Shown piece after piece: positions 1 through 11,951 of a stretch of DNA of 64,000 nucleotides. The notes under the pieces were generated by a model that was not told the DNA's origin, did not search any database, and worked only from the letters and a program-made list of their open reading frames with translations. How positions within the stretch are numbered: the stretch's first letter is position 1; every line of letters starts with the position of its first letter. Origin of the DNA: Octopus bimaculoides (Eukaryota); contig NC_068986.1 in NCBI RefSeq assembly GCF_001194135.2, positions 64,450,190 to 64,514,189 of the forward strand. Reading direction: 5' to 3'. The position numbers were made by a program, and so were the translations under genes.

Positions 1-430
1 ATTAAAGTCACAAACTGTGATAACAAGGCTACTATTTCTGAAATCCATATAGTTTTCGAGGGGTACTCAGAAATAGCCTTTTTGTTCATGTCATTCTTTA
101 TTGGAGTGATTATACTGAGATAACATTTGTTGCTATGTTACTTGTGACTAATCTAGGCTTAATTATTCTGACTCCTTCTGTTACTTTATCCATTTCTCTG
201 CCAAAAATATGCACCCACAGCACTATTTCCCACACAGAATTCACTCCCATGTTCTTTTCTTGTGAGCAATCTAGCTTAGGTTCCTCTCTTCTCTGTGTTA
301 TGTTTTGTACACGGCCAAAATCTATTCATCTCTATCCAACATTTCTGCAATCACTCCAGGTTTACTTCTCATTGTGCCAATGTTGATGGTGGAAATGATG
401 ATGTTTTGTATCTGAGTGAAGATGTGTTTT
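1..430 (-). mobile_element. Decayed RTE-clade LINE, AP-endonuclease N-terminus (runs off the window start)
   Basis: Minus-strand translation gives 'IISTINIGTMRSKPGVIAEMLDRDE*ILAVYKT', matching the APE start of RTE LINEs (T-x-N-[IV]-G-T-M ... E-M-L-x-R-R), followed by frameshifted endonuclease-like sequence. Confidence 0.5.
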
Positions 431-934
431 CAGTGGTTGGTGGGTTTGATGTCTCAAAGGAAATGAGGTAGTTCAGTTGTATGATGATAAAGAGGTTCCC
501 CATATGTCAGATGTTCCCACCTAACCACTCCCACTACTGTGTGAATCACTAACATGGTAGATGTTAGTGTTGTAAATGCAATTAGGGTTTTTCATTATGT
601 GATTGTCATGATTTTCATATGGTTTTATTGGCTTGGTGCCTTTCCTATATGAAGTTTGTGCATTTTGTGATCGCAACACTAGAGAGGTTGTCTGTAGAGA
701 AAGTAGTGCGGATGATAGAGAGATGTTGGAAGACATAACAACAGATATCTACTACTGAGTAAATGTGTTCAACAAACAGAGTTTAAAAATAATCATCACT
801 AGGTTTCAGAAAGAGTGAAATATAAGAAGGAAAGAGAAGTCATATCAAAGCCAAATGTTTGCAACCAATAAACAGATACAATGATAATTAATAATAGTAA
901 TAATAATACCAATAATTATTAGCTTGACATTTAT

Positions 935-1075
935 CTTATCTGAACTGGCATTAGGAAGAGCATCCAGCAGTATAAACCAAGCTAAAACAGATTGGAGCCT
1001 GGTGCAGCTCTCTGGCTTAGTATTTCTGGTCAAATTGTCTAACTCATGTGGCGGCAGTTTCTTCATTCCAGCACC
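935..1075 (+). mobile_element. Octopus SINE 3' fragment
   Basis: 'tggcattaggaagagcatccagcagtataaaccaagct...gcctggtgcagctctctggc...ggtcaaattgtctaactcatg' resembles a cephalopod SINE body/tail as I recall it. Confidence 0.4.
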
Positions 1076-1479
1076 AAATATCCTATGTAAAAATATTATA
1101 TGTAGAAACTGGAAGAGAGGGAGAGTGAAGGAGATAGGGTGGGATACTCATTTGAACACTCCTCTTGCAGGTTTTTTCACAGGGGTGGGAGATTGAGAAA
1201 AACACCAATTAGGGAAGGGAGATCACTACAATGGCAGGTTGATCATCTGCAGTAGCCATTGTGAAGGTGAGAGAAATATATTTGTATTTTTGGCTTAGCA
1301 TCAAGATCATATAACTTTTTACAGGTATGCCATTAGCTTTTACATGCAGACAACTGTAAGCATGGACAAGAAATTGGTACAGTGGTTATTGTGATCAATT
1401 TTCACATATTTTTACAACTTTCTGCATGTGATTTCACCCCCCCCCCCATTCCTTAGTGGTGTCTTTTTTCTTGAGGTAC

Positions 1480-4080
1480 CCTACTGTCCCTATACTGGAA
1501 CACTTGATTGCACCTTTATTGGGCATGGTGTTCCAAGTTAGGTACAATGTGTTTCAATATAGGGGCATTTTCTAATAGTCTTATTTAGTGTGTGACATAA
1601 ATATTAGCCTATACATAATGAACTTTGAAATTTCTTCACAAAATCAGTTGGAGGAAAAAAGACATTTCAGTTCACCTACAGTTTTGTCTAGACAAGAAGA
1701 GGATTTGGTGCATCACATTCTTTCACTGGAAGAAATGCTGTTTGGCATATCTAAAACTACTGTGCAGGAACTGTTGTCTCAAATTGCTTTGAAAAACAAT
1801 GCAGAACTTTTACACAAGTTCAATGGAGAAAGCAATGTGCAGGCTAGGAACAGTTTTCAAAGTTTCTTACCAGAAACCCTCATCTCAGTCTTCAAATACC
1901 TGAGGGTGCCAGCATAGCAAGAGCTACAGGGTTTAGCAGAAAAGTGTGAATAGGTTCTTTGACATCCTTGAGACAGTTCTTGACCATAACAAACTGGATG
2001 CATCTAGCATGTATGAATCATCTCTCAGCACTGTGCAGAAACCTGGAAAAATCATGGCAAAAAAGGCAAACAACAGGTAGATGCAGAAAGAGGAACCAAT
2101 GTCACATGTGTTAGCTGCATGAGTCCAAGTGGTTACTTCGTCTTTCCATTTGTGATCTTCAAACAAAAATGCATGAAGGAAGTCCTCAGAACTAGTACCC
2201 CTGCTGGAACAGGATTTGCAGTGCAGGAATAATGCTGGATGGATAAAGACACTTTCTGCATGTGGTTTAAAAACTTCATCAAATACACTAAACCTTCAAA
2301 GGATGCACTTGTCCTTCTTGTCCTTGGTGAGCACATAAGTCACACAGAAAATCTTCAGGTAATTGAAATTGCCACTGAACATGGAGTGCTGATACTCTCT
2401 CTTCCACTGCATTGTAGTCATCACATGCAGCCACTTGACTTCACTTGTTTCAAGCCCCTCTCTGCATACTTCAATCAGACTGCAGACAGATTCATGAAAA
2501 TTCATCCTGGATCAAGCATTCAGACAGAAAATATTGCTGGACTGCTTGCAGAGGATTTCAACCATGCTTCAGTGGTGGCCACAGTTGGGATTTAGCCACC
2601 AAATCGACATGTATTCACAGATGCTGACTTCATCACAACTTCAGAGGCAGCTGTTAAAAACAGAGAGCCTGGAAACCAGAAGGACTGCAGCTTTGAACAA
2701 CTTGAAACAGGCCAAAATGATGTCCATGATGAAGATCACCTGGGAAAGCATTTGAAAAAGGTCTGTCCGGCAAACCTACCTGTAGTCCACAGCCTCCACA
2801 GCAAGCTCAGCTCCAAATACCTCAGACGTCTTCACTTCCTAATGACATGCTTCAAGAAATTGAAATGTCCCCACAGATTGTAACAATGTTACTTCTTCCA
2901 GAGCATTGTGATTTGCATAAAAAGTGAACTTCAAATCACTCCGCAGTCAGCAGGCAGAAGTGCATCTTCAGGATTGGTTGAACTGAAGGAAACAGTTCTG
3001 GCAGATAGCCTCGGGCTGGTTGTTATGTCATCAATGCTAGCAAACATGGATGAGCTTCATGACTTGCTTGGACCAAATCAGTCAGAGATCATAAATTCTG
3101 ATGTGTCTGACCACATCCATTCTGTAAGCCTCAAGTATTGTATGAGACACATGTCGACCCCCAACTGCCACATAGGTGAACTGGAGATTGCTGCAACAGC
3201 AAAACACTTGGGGAAGACAATCATTATTGTCAGCAAGGATTTGCAAGTTATCAATGTTTACAATGATGAATACAATAGACAGATCAATAAATGTGTTGTG
3301 GTTGCCTTGACAAGGTTGGAGACAACATTGGACATTACAATGCTTTTCTACCACAGAACAGTTCTGATGGCACCACAGAATTTCAAGGAAGTGCACCAAA
3401 CAACAGCAGTGACTCTGGGAATGAATATGCAATGGTTTCACAGCCAGTCAACACCAGACCTCCAAGTAAACGTCCCAGAGAATTGTTGCAGATGATATCA
3501 TCCATTATTAAGAAAATTACCCAAGATCAATGGGAAATGCCATTGCCAGCAAACAGAGCTCACTGCATGAAGCCTATACAAGAAAAGGCTTCAAGATATG
3601 AAAGGTAGAAAAAAGACTTGCAGACAAACCAAACAAAAGTCTACCATGGCCAAGCAAAATGAAGTGAACAGTTGGTTTTATTTCATCTGTGGTGAAGACA
3701 TTCAAGAAAGCATGACACAGTGCTGATAGGTGCACATCAAATAAGCAGATCAAATGAAGCTGTTGAAATATGTGCGTGATGTGTGTTTGTAAACGCCTGT
3801 TGGTTTGACCTGAGAATTATAAGACAACATTTTTAATTTACCATTCACATTTGTTATATATCTGTCTAATGACCTATAAATTAAGTTTTTATTTTCTATT
3901 TGCTGAGATTTGTAACAAGTATTTCAATAAATTTATATTTTACATTTTACATTAGTCTTATGAATTATTTTATTGTTGACTGTTATTAACTATTATTAAT
4001 CCCCTTATATAAATGTGTATGCCGAATATAGGGACAGAAGTGTCTCTAATTAGGAACCACATTCCTAAATTGAAACACTT
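1480..4080 (+). mobile_element. Pogo/Tigger-type (DDE_1) DNA transposon, decayed; transposase with CENP-B-type HTH, DDE, OTU-like domain and PHD finger
   Basis: HTH region 'EEDLVHHILSLEEMLFGIS..'; 'PEGASIARATGF'; 'STVQKPGKIMA'; 'ERGTNVT'; 'VLLVLGEHISH'; 'LPLHCSHHMQPLD'; 'GI*PPNRHVFTDADF'; C-terminal 'ICGEDIQESMTQC**VH...KYVRDVC'. A GTGTTYCARTWTAGG-like motif is repeated near both ends. Stops and frameshifts throughout. Confidence 0.9.
2860..3350 (+). pseudogene. OTU (ovarian tumour) cysteine-protease-like domain embedded in the pogo transposase
   Basis: Cys-loop remnant 'gat tgt aac aa tgt tac ttc ttc cag agc att' (D-x-N-C-x-F-F-Q-S-I, 2876-2907), 'Y..RHM...HIGELEIAATAKHLGKTIIIV' (3135-3230) and His-loop 'VGDNIGHYNAFL' (His codon 3333-3335, after a frameshift), in canonical OTU order. 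Confidence 0.75.
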
Positions 4081-4469
4081 TTCAAATTTGTGAAAAAATT
4101 TCTTAAAAATCACACATGATGTTAATTTAGAAAATGCAGGTCGATGCTTTATTTGGTACTTATCTCTCATAGCCCTTTTATGATGACATTTGAGCAGATT
4201 TCAAAAACTCTAAGGGTCTTTGTGGTTAGTAATTGTACTAGTAATTGGACATGTTCACCAAACAGGCTTTGTAGGAACCAACAATAGACCTCAGGAAGAG
4301 AGAGAGAGAAAGGAAGAGGGTATGTAAATTAAAGCTAAAAGTTTGTAGGTAATAAACAGATATGTTTAAATATGATAATCTTAATTAGTAAATATGAGAC
4401 CTAGAAATGATACTACTTCAAATGATAACATAGGCCAAAAAAAGAAATTTCTCTGTTGCCAAAAGATTT

Positions 4470-5540
4470 GGGCCTGAACTAGGGGTTTTTTGACACACAG
4501 AATCTAAAAGTAACATCCTGTTATTACTACCATATCAAGATTTTAAGATACTGGATCTCAAGAATTTCATTCCTTTTTTCAATAAAACAGCTTAACAAGG
4601 CAGACATAACATACAAACATACATACATAGAAATTGGCTTTTCTTCAAAACCAGGCTGTTTCCTTAAATTCCTACTGAAAAACTAGTAAAATTCTTAAAA
4701 TTTCTACAGACAAATTACATCATTGTTTATTCTAAATTTCCCATGAATTTGCATTTGCATAATTTTCTTGAGTACTGAAGCTCAGGAAGCTCATGAGCCA
4801 AATTCCAGCAACAATCTGCCATTATGTGCAAGTCCCGTCTGCCTTGATACTTTTTTTCCATTGATTTTACGTCCTGATGGAAATGTTCTCCCCGCTCATC
4901 ATTTGTGTCACCAAGATTTTCAGAGAATTTATCAAATTGACTGTGGAGACACTGCAGCTTTATGCTCATATTTGCTCCCAACTTTTGAAAGTTCTCCAGC
5001 ATGTTATCAACTATTTTGGAATAGTTGGCTGCTTATTGCAAATGAATTCCATGTTACTGTTTCAGTTCATTTCATAGAATTTACAAAATTCCCATCTTTC
5101 ATTAATTTTCTGATTTGAGGCTCATCAAATACTCCAGTTTTTATCTTTCTGTTTCTTGGACCAAGAAATATGCTGCAGACATAATAAAAGCATGGTCCAT
5201 CTTTATCCAGAGCTTTAACAAACTGTTTTATAATGCCAGTTTTGATGTGGAGTGGAGGTAGGATAAGTTTTCCAGGTTGAACTAAAAATACCTTGGAACT
5301 AATGTTTGCTGTGACCATTCTTTGATTACCCAATGTTCTTCCCTGGCTCTGCTGTCCCACACACATAAATATTATAGCTATTTCACAGGTAAACAATGCA
5401 TTTTTCTGAAATTTGAAGAAAATTACAAAAATTGGAGTGGGGTTGGGTGAGGTTAAATCTAGGTGTGATGGTAAAAAATGAATTCCGTTTATGGAGTCCG
5501 CATATCAAAAAACTATAAAATCAGATATAAACGTCCTAAC
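4470..5540 (-). mobile_element. Internally deleted DNA transposon, probably Chapaev3 (CMC superfamily); C-terminal half of transposase
   Basis: ORFs 5396-5067 ('LPPLHIKTGIIKQFVKALDKDG...GVFDEPQIRKLMKD') and 5002-4727 ('NMSIKLQCLHSQFDKFSENLGDTNDERGEHFHQDVKSMEKKYQG...MADCCW'). Related subterminal sequences lie in inverted orientation at ~4480-4550 and ~5455-5535. Superfamily assignment is from recalled motifs. Confidence 0.65.
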
Positions 5541-5639
5541 AACAAAATATATAATATATATATAGGTATTGCAAATTTTAGAGGTAATAATTGTAAGCAC
5601 CTGTATATGCCAGATAGTGGCCGAGGTGAAAGAATATAT

Positions 5640-6310
5640 TAAAACGTAAAATTAAAACAAAACACAAAGGATTCCGTGGTACATGTGTTTCAAGCTTTAT
5701 ACACAAACAGTCGTTGCATCATTATATGAGTATATAATTGATATACAGGATGGTTTAAAGCTATCTTCAGCCGCAAATATATTCCGTCCCAAGATTACAT
5801 CACAAAGAAGAAATCACAAAGAAAAAAGAGCAAGAAAATGGGAAAGTCCACTCGGTATAATCCATAGTAATATGCTTATATTTACAAAAAGTTCTTCGGT
5901 ATTCAGAAATCTGTCCATATTGTACCACAATTCAGGGTAGAGTGAATGATAAATAAATATAACTAGCGTATATGAGATAGAAGGCGAGGATAAAAAAAGA
6001 AAGAAGTTGGAGGTTAAAACAATATAAAATACGAAAAAAACAATATAAAATAAGACATAAAATACACCAATAATAATACAAAAATAATAGAAGTCAGATC
6101 AAGGGTAATATAAGAAAAAATACGGATAATAAAGTAAGATGCATATAAAAGATTTAGTAGGGTTGGAATAAGGTAATAAAGGAAATAAAGGAAATTGGGT
6201 AAAGAAATAGAAGAAATAAAAAAAAAATGAAATAACAGAAGTAAACAGAAAGAGGAATAAGAAAAAAACCTAAAAATAGAAAAAGAGATAAAGAGAAATA
6301 AAGAGAGATA
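5640..6310 (-). mobile_element. Penelope-like element 3' fragment (decayed GIY-YIG end plus pseudo-LTR with hammerhead motif)
   Basis: Pyrimidine-rich minus-strand tract, weak GIY-YIG C-terminal-like translation ('IVVQYGQISEYRRTFCKYK') and a hammerhead motif at 5672-5778. Confidence 0.45.
5672..5778 (-). ncRNA. Minimal type I hammerhead ribozyme motif
   Basis: Minus strand: tttgcgg CTGAAGA t agcttta-[~56 nt]-taaagct t GAAA cacat GTA ccacgga. Stem II 7 bp, near-palindromic stem III, stem I 6 of 7 pairs. Confidence 0.55.
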
Positions 6311-6411
6311 ANNNNNNNNNNNNNNNNNNNNNNNNNNNNNNNNNNNNNNNNNNNNNNNNNNNNNNNNNNNNNNNNNNNNNNNNNNNNNNNNNNNNNNNNN
6401 NNNNNNNNNNN

Positions 6412-8330
6412 AATCACTGTTTCATCCACAACTGACTCATGGTTTAGGAGTTCAGGGAAGTGTTCAATTCAGAGACCTGTGATTTCTATTGATTTAGTAA
6501 ATAGAGCAGAAGACTCATAAGCCCATAAACTTGTTTCATAAGATGGTAAAGCTTCTTTCTGTTATTTGTATCAGCAGCAGCCTGAACATCAAAATCCTCC
6601 AACCAAGTGTTCTGCATCTTCCTGAGAGATCGCTGCAGTAGTGATTTTACACTGCTATAGTGGGCAAGTGCTAGATTTCGCTGCACAGTTGAAAGTCCTC
6701 TGTGGAGCAATACATTGTGGGCATGGCGCTTTACAACCAATAGTCACTGAACTTCAGCATAATTTTCATCAAACCAAATCTCTGTGTCTGGCAGTAGCAT
6801 ATCCCAGTGTTTCAGCAGTAGCATATCCCAGTGTCTCGAAAATTTTCTCATACTGTGGTATTTTCAATGCTGGACAAGCGAGTCTGAAGCACTTTTCTCA
6901 ACATAGCATCATTTTATCTTGTGGACATTCAGATGCTAAGAAATGCCAACTGGCCCACTTCTCTCTTTCACTTTAATCATCATCCGGAACTTTGCTCGCA
7001 CCAGACTGTGGTCTGTCCAGCATTCCGATCCATAAAAGGACTTGACGTTACAAATGTCATAGATGTCACGCTTGCGAATGATGACAATCCAGCAAGTGCC
7101 AAACTTTAGACCCTGGATGCGTCTACGTTGTTGTGTGATCACCTTTGTGCATAAAACGAGTGCTTGCAATGTAAAGTCCATGTTCATCGCAAAGCTCCAG
7201 CAACATGAGACCATTGCTATTCCTTTTCCCTACATCAAAACGTCTCAAAGAGTTCCATGTTTGCCAGTCTGTTCCAATCCTGGCATTGAAATCCCCCAGT
7301 AGAATGACTTTATCAGAATTGGGGATAATCCTAAGTATGGCTTTCAGCTGGGTATAAAAAATAGTTTTATCTTCATCACAACTAGTCAAAGTAGGTGCAT
7401 AGACTCTTATTAGAGTAGCAATCTACCCACCTTTCAGGTGCATTCGTAGAGTCGCTAGGCGCTCATTTATAGGAACAGGAAGCTCCTCCAACTTCTTAAG
7501 GATATCAGATCGAACTACAAAACCAACATCAGCTTCTCTGCGCTCCTCCTTCAGCCTCCCCTTTCAAAAAAGGTTTACCCACTTCCTACTGACCATCACC
7601 TTCTATATGAGTCTCTGAAAGTGCTGCTATATCAATGTTCTAGCGGTTCAGCTCGCGAGCAACAAGTGCAGTGCGTCTTTGAGGCCTACAATCACTCTTA
7701 TTATCCAACAGAGTGCGCACATTCCAACATGAAATATTCGAGTTCCATCCAGATTTTGTAAAAAAAGAATGTCTTTGATTATTGAGCGCAGAGTGGACAT
7801 CCATCAGTCGCGCTAAACTGATCAGATATAGAAAGACAGGCAATTTTTGGTTAACCTTTTTTAGAACCTCTCCGGCCTCCGGGTGAGCAGTGCCCTCTAC
7901 AGATGGAGTTGCTCAGACATCTATGCAGCAACCGAATCCTATCGCTGTCTTGGGAGATAAGGAGACGACTTAATATCTAGCATGGGCCGCCTACGTGCAG
8001 GTCGCTGACTATATGCTTCCAACCCGTCAGGTCTGCATGCTTCGTCACCTTCCCATCACCGCAGGACTTCCGAATAAAATAAAATAAATATATACAAAAA
8101 GTAAAGGTACATATATACTGAAAATAAAATAGATATATATATTGGGGGGGGGGGGAAAAAAGAAAAAAAGCAGCACATATCGAGCAGAGGTCTGCAGTGC
8201 CTGTGCAGAGTTTTAGGTCCAATAAGGATTGCACGACACCTCCATAGACCCTCTATTGACATTATCCAGAGACAAGCCAGAGCGAGATGTCTGGTGTAAA
8301 TATGAGTCGCAGGCTCAGGAATGTGGGAGC
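6412..8330 (-). mobile_element. RTE-clade LINE: 5' UTR plus AP-endonuclease, 3' part lost in gap
   Basis: 'WNVRTLLDNKSDCRPQRRTALVARELNR', 'KVILLGDFNARIG', 'NSNGLMLLELC', 'TTWMHPGSK', 'ECWTDHSLVRAK', 'AADTNNRKKLY'; frameshifted. Confidence 0.9.
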
Positions 8331-8333
8331 CCC

Positions 8334-8421
<88 letters not shown>

Positions 8422-8429
8422 TTTTATTC

Positions 8430-8815
8430 CTTTACACGTTTCTGTCATTTGACTGCGACCAAGCTGGTAAACCGTCTTAAAGGATTTTAGTCGAAGAAAT
8501 CGAGCCCAAGGCTTATTCCTTGTAAGCCTAGTACTTATTCTATAGGTCTCTTTTGCTGAATCGCTAAATTACGGGGATTTAAACACACCAGTATCGGTTG
8601 TCAGGCGATTGTGGGGTGACAAACAAAGATTCACACACATAAATATATATATGATGTGCTTCTTTCAGTTTCTGCTTACCAGATTCACCCACAAGGCTTT
8701 GGTCGGCCCAAGGCTATAGTAGAAGACACTTACCAAAAGTGCCACGCAGTGGGACTGAACCCGAAACCATATGGTTGGGAAGCAAGCTTCTTGCCACAAA
8801 ACCACGCCTGTGCCT
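8430..8815 (-). mobile_element. Octopus tRNA-derived SINE, family A
   Basis: Reverse complement has A box 'gtggttttgtggcaag', B box 'gggttcagtccc', body 'gtgtcttctactatagccttgggccgaccaaagccttgtg' and the family tail. Confidence 0.85.
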
Positions 8816-10344
8816 ACTCTCACACATACACACACACACACACACACAAGAAATGGAAACCAAAATGATATAATGAACACCCCTCCACATATATATATCA
8901 GGTCTAACACAAAAAATACAGATTTATTAACCCCGGTAAGTACACGTTCAAAATTAGAACTGCATTAGCAATTAAACTACCCAGTCTGCTGTTAACTAAT
9001 GAATAATTGAGTGGTTTACGCTATAGTTTGGTGCCATGGCCACTGCGAGGCTCTTCCTGAAAAGAAATATATTAAACAATTCTTTTAAAGCGAGTGCTCA
9101 GGTGAGTGTTTAGTCATAAAACAGTTAATCAAAGTTGCACAAATAAACAAATACATAATGCAACAATTGATTGCTACCGTCGCCGCTGCTGCTACTGCTG
9201 TTGTTTGTCTGTAATGAAGTGTGTGGTTTTACATGCCACAATATCCTGTACAGTTATGTAACTCAATATCTTACATATTGTTATAAATGCCAACATACCT
9301 AAAACAAATAAATCTCAGTGGATATTATAATAAATTTCCTGCTGTTTATTATAACATGATGCCAAAAAGAATATAATTACTGTTAGTCATCATCATAATT
9401 TCTTTCAGCTTAAGCAACTAGTTAGCGCTTGTTTCCAGTCTAACAAAGCCATTTTATTCCAACTTATGAACGATACATCATTAACTAGTCACTCTAGATG
9501 TTTATCTAAAACAGCTTCCTTTACTGTTTTTTACCATTCAAAAGCAAACAGGCAAACTAAGCTGTTAAGTAATTCATTTTTATTTTTCAGATTTTGATCA
9601 AAAATCGAACACAAATTCTCAAATACTTCAACTAATTTAACTAATTCTTTTTCAATGAATATCGAAAATTGATGCTAGAAGTTAGTCGTTTTATAACCCG
9701 TTGTATAACTAAAGACATTACTTGGAGAGTATTTGTCTTTTAATATATGCAGCACGAATAAATTTGATGTAGTCCACCCCTGTTCAGCAGGCAGTGTGAC
9801 GAAACTTCGATCAAGTATTCAGTGCAGATATTGCAAACTGCAATGCATTATACATCAGACGAAACTTGGGTAGATTAGATCATTTTGGAACAAAATATTT
9901 AGGCCTAGTACACAATATTGTACTGGTCATAAAATACCGAATGGTGACTATTTGTCTGCGTGAAGACTCCCTATAAGATAGGTTGTCAATTTCGTATGTT
10001 ACGCATTATACAGTTGTGTTGTATTACGCGTAATATTACTGCAGACATGTAAATATAACTTATTATAGACTGAAAATGTTATTACATAAAGAAGGCTGCA
10101 AAACGGCCGCAAGACTAAGGATAACAAGTGATTCAATAAATATATTCAGCATTTATAACCACTGACTTTTCAAGGTTTATACACTCATGAAATAATTTCA
10201 TCGATTGGATCTCCAGGATTTCAGCTGCATGGAACTCTGCATTATGCCCTTCTATGTAGTCTGTTACTATGGGGTCTGTTAGCTGAGTCCGCTAGAGGAG
10301 CTTTCTGTGATAAACATGACAAGATTCTATGAAACCACTTATCT

Positions 10345-10562
10345 GTTTCAAATTTTGGCACAAGACTGGTAATATCTGGAGAAGGGTAAGTCGATTGCAT
10401 CGATACCTGTGCTTAACTGATACTTATTTTATCGACCTCAAAAAGATGAAAGGCAAAGTCGACCTCGGCGGAATTTGAACTTAAAGTTTGAGTTTAAAGA
10501 CGGACGAAATGCCGCTAAGCACTTCACCCGGTATGGTAACGATTCTGCCAGCTCGCTACCTT
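10345..10562 (-). mobile_element. Octopus tRNA-derived SINE, family B
   Basis: 'gatgaaaggcaaagtcgacctcggcggaatttgaact...gacgaaatgccgctaagc...tctgccagctcgc'; B box 'agttcaaattcc' on the minus strand. Confidence 0.85.
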
Positions 10563-10689
10563 AATTCTATGAATTCATATATTACACAACAAATATAATT
10601 ACATAATATATATATATATATATACATACACACACATATATATATATATATATATACACATATATGTATATATATGTGTTGTATATACA

Positions 10690-11951
10690 TGTGTGGCCAT
10701 CCCATAAATAATGTGGTTTTTTCAATTGCATGAATTAAAAGTCAAAGGGGGAAGGGATAAACTACCTGCATCAACTTGCTATGAAAGCAGATAGTAATTT
10801 TACCTTTCCCTTATTCTTAGTGCAAGCTTTGAAGAGTGCATTTCGATTTTGACAGTTATGTTTTCAAAGCTATAATGGAAGTGACAAAGGAGTACATTCA
10901 GCATATTTTGCTTCATGGGTTCAATAAAGGCAACAACGTAACAGAAAGTGCGAGGAATATTAATGCAGTATATTGGACAATAAACGTAAGCTAATGTGAA
11001 CGGTGGTTCAAGAAATTCCGAGTCGGAAACTTCAGCCTTGAAGACAAGCCTCGTCCTGGAAGACTTGTAGAAATCGACGAAGACGTCCTGCAAACCCTGG
11101 TGGAACAAAATCCCATTGTTACTGTTCAGGAACTAGAAGCTTGGATTTGGTCATTTAACTATTCATCAACACCTGTGTGCTATCGGAAAAGCCAGCAAAT
11201 TGGGTCAATGGGCTCCGAGTCTAATCGCACGCAGAGAGTGAATGTGTGATATCTTTGCTGTCACGTCTCACGAATAAACCATTTTTGGACCAAATAGTGA
11301 CTGGTGGCGAAAAATGGGTTCTCTATAAATATATCAAACGCTGAAGAAGGTGGCTAGGGTAAGGAGAAACACCGGCACCCCACACTAAAGAAGGTCTTCA
11401 CCCACGTAAGGTGTTGTTATCTATTTGGTGGGATATGAAAAGTTTTTTCCACTTAGAACTTTTAAACCCAAACCAAATGATAACAAAGGAGATCTACTGC
11501 GAACAGCTTGAACGGCTTAAGTCAGCGCTAGAAGAAAAACGACCATGTTTGGTTTCAAGACAAAAAGTGTTCTTCCATCAGGATAATGCTCGGCCACTTA
11601 CAACGAGGATGACATTCTAAAGGCTGGAGCAGTTTGAATGGGAAACGATGCGCCAACCATCATATTCGCCGGACAATGTCCTAGATTATCATTTATAACG
11701 CATTCTTTAAAATCATTTGGTCGGAAAAAATATGAATTCTGTAGACGAGGTCAGAACAGTAGTGGGGGAGTATTTTTCGTTACGGACAAGTGAATTTTGG
11801 AAGAGGGGGCTTGCAAGTCTACCAGATAGATGGAAGAGCATTGTAGAAAATGAAGGAGAGTATATTTTAGATTAAAAAAGAACTTTATGTTAATTTTGAA
11901 AAATAAAAGACGTATAAAAAAAAACTGTATTATTTATGGGATGATCCTATA
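10690..11951 (+). mobile_element. Full-length mariner (D,D34D) element, ~1.26 kb, defective transposase ~10875-11875
   Basis: TIRs 'ggccatcccataaataatgtggtttttt' / 'aaaaaactgtattatttatgggatgatcc' with TA flanks; 'VTGGEKWVLY', 'KVLLSIWWD', 'FHQDNARP', 'YSPDNVLDYHL'. Confidence 0.93.

Noticed and set aside
10170-10330. Signal-peptide-like frame (LHYALLCSLLLWGLLAESARGA) and a minus-strand open frame
   Set aside because: No in-frame start codon and no convincing splice pair; unsupported.
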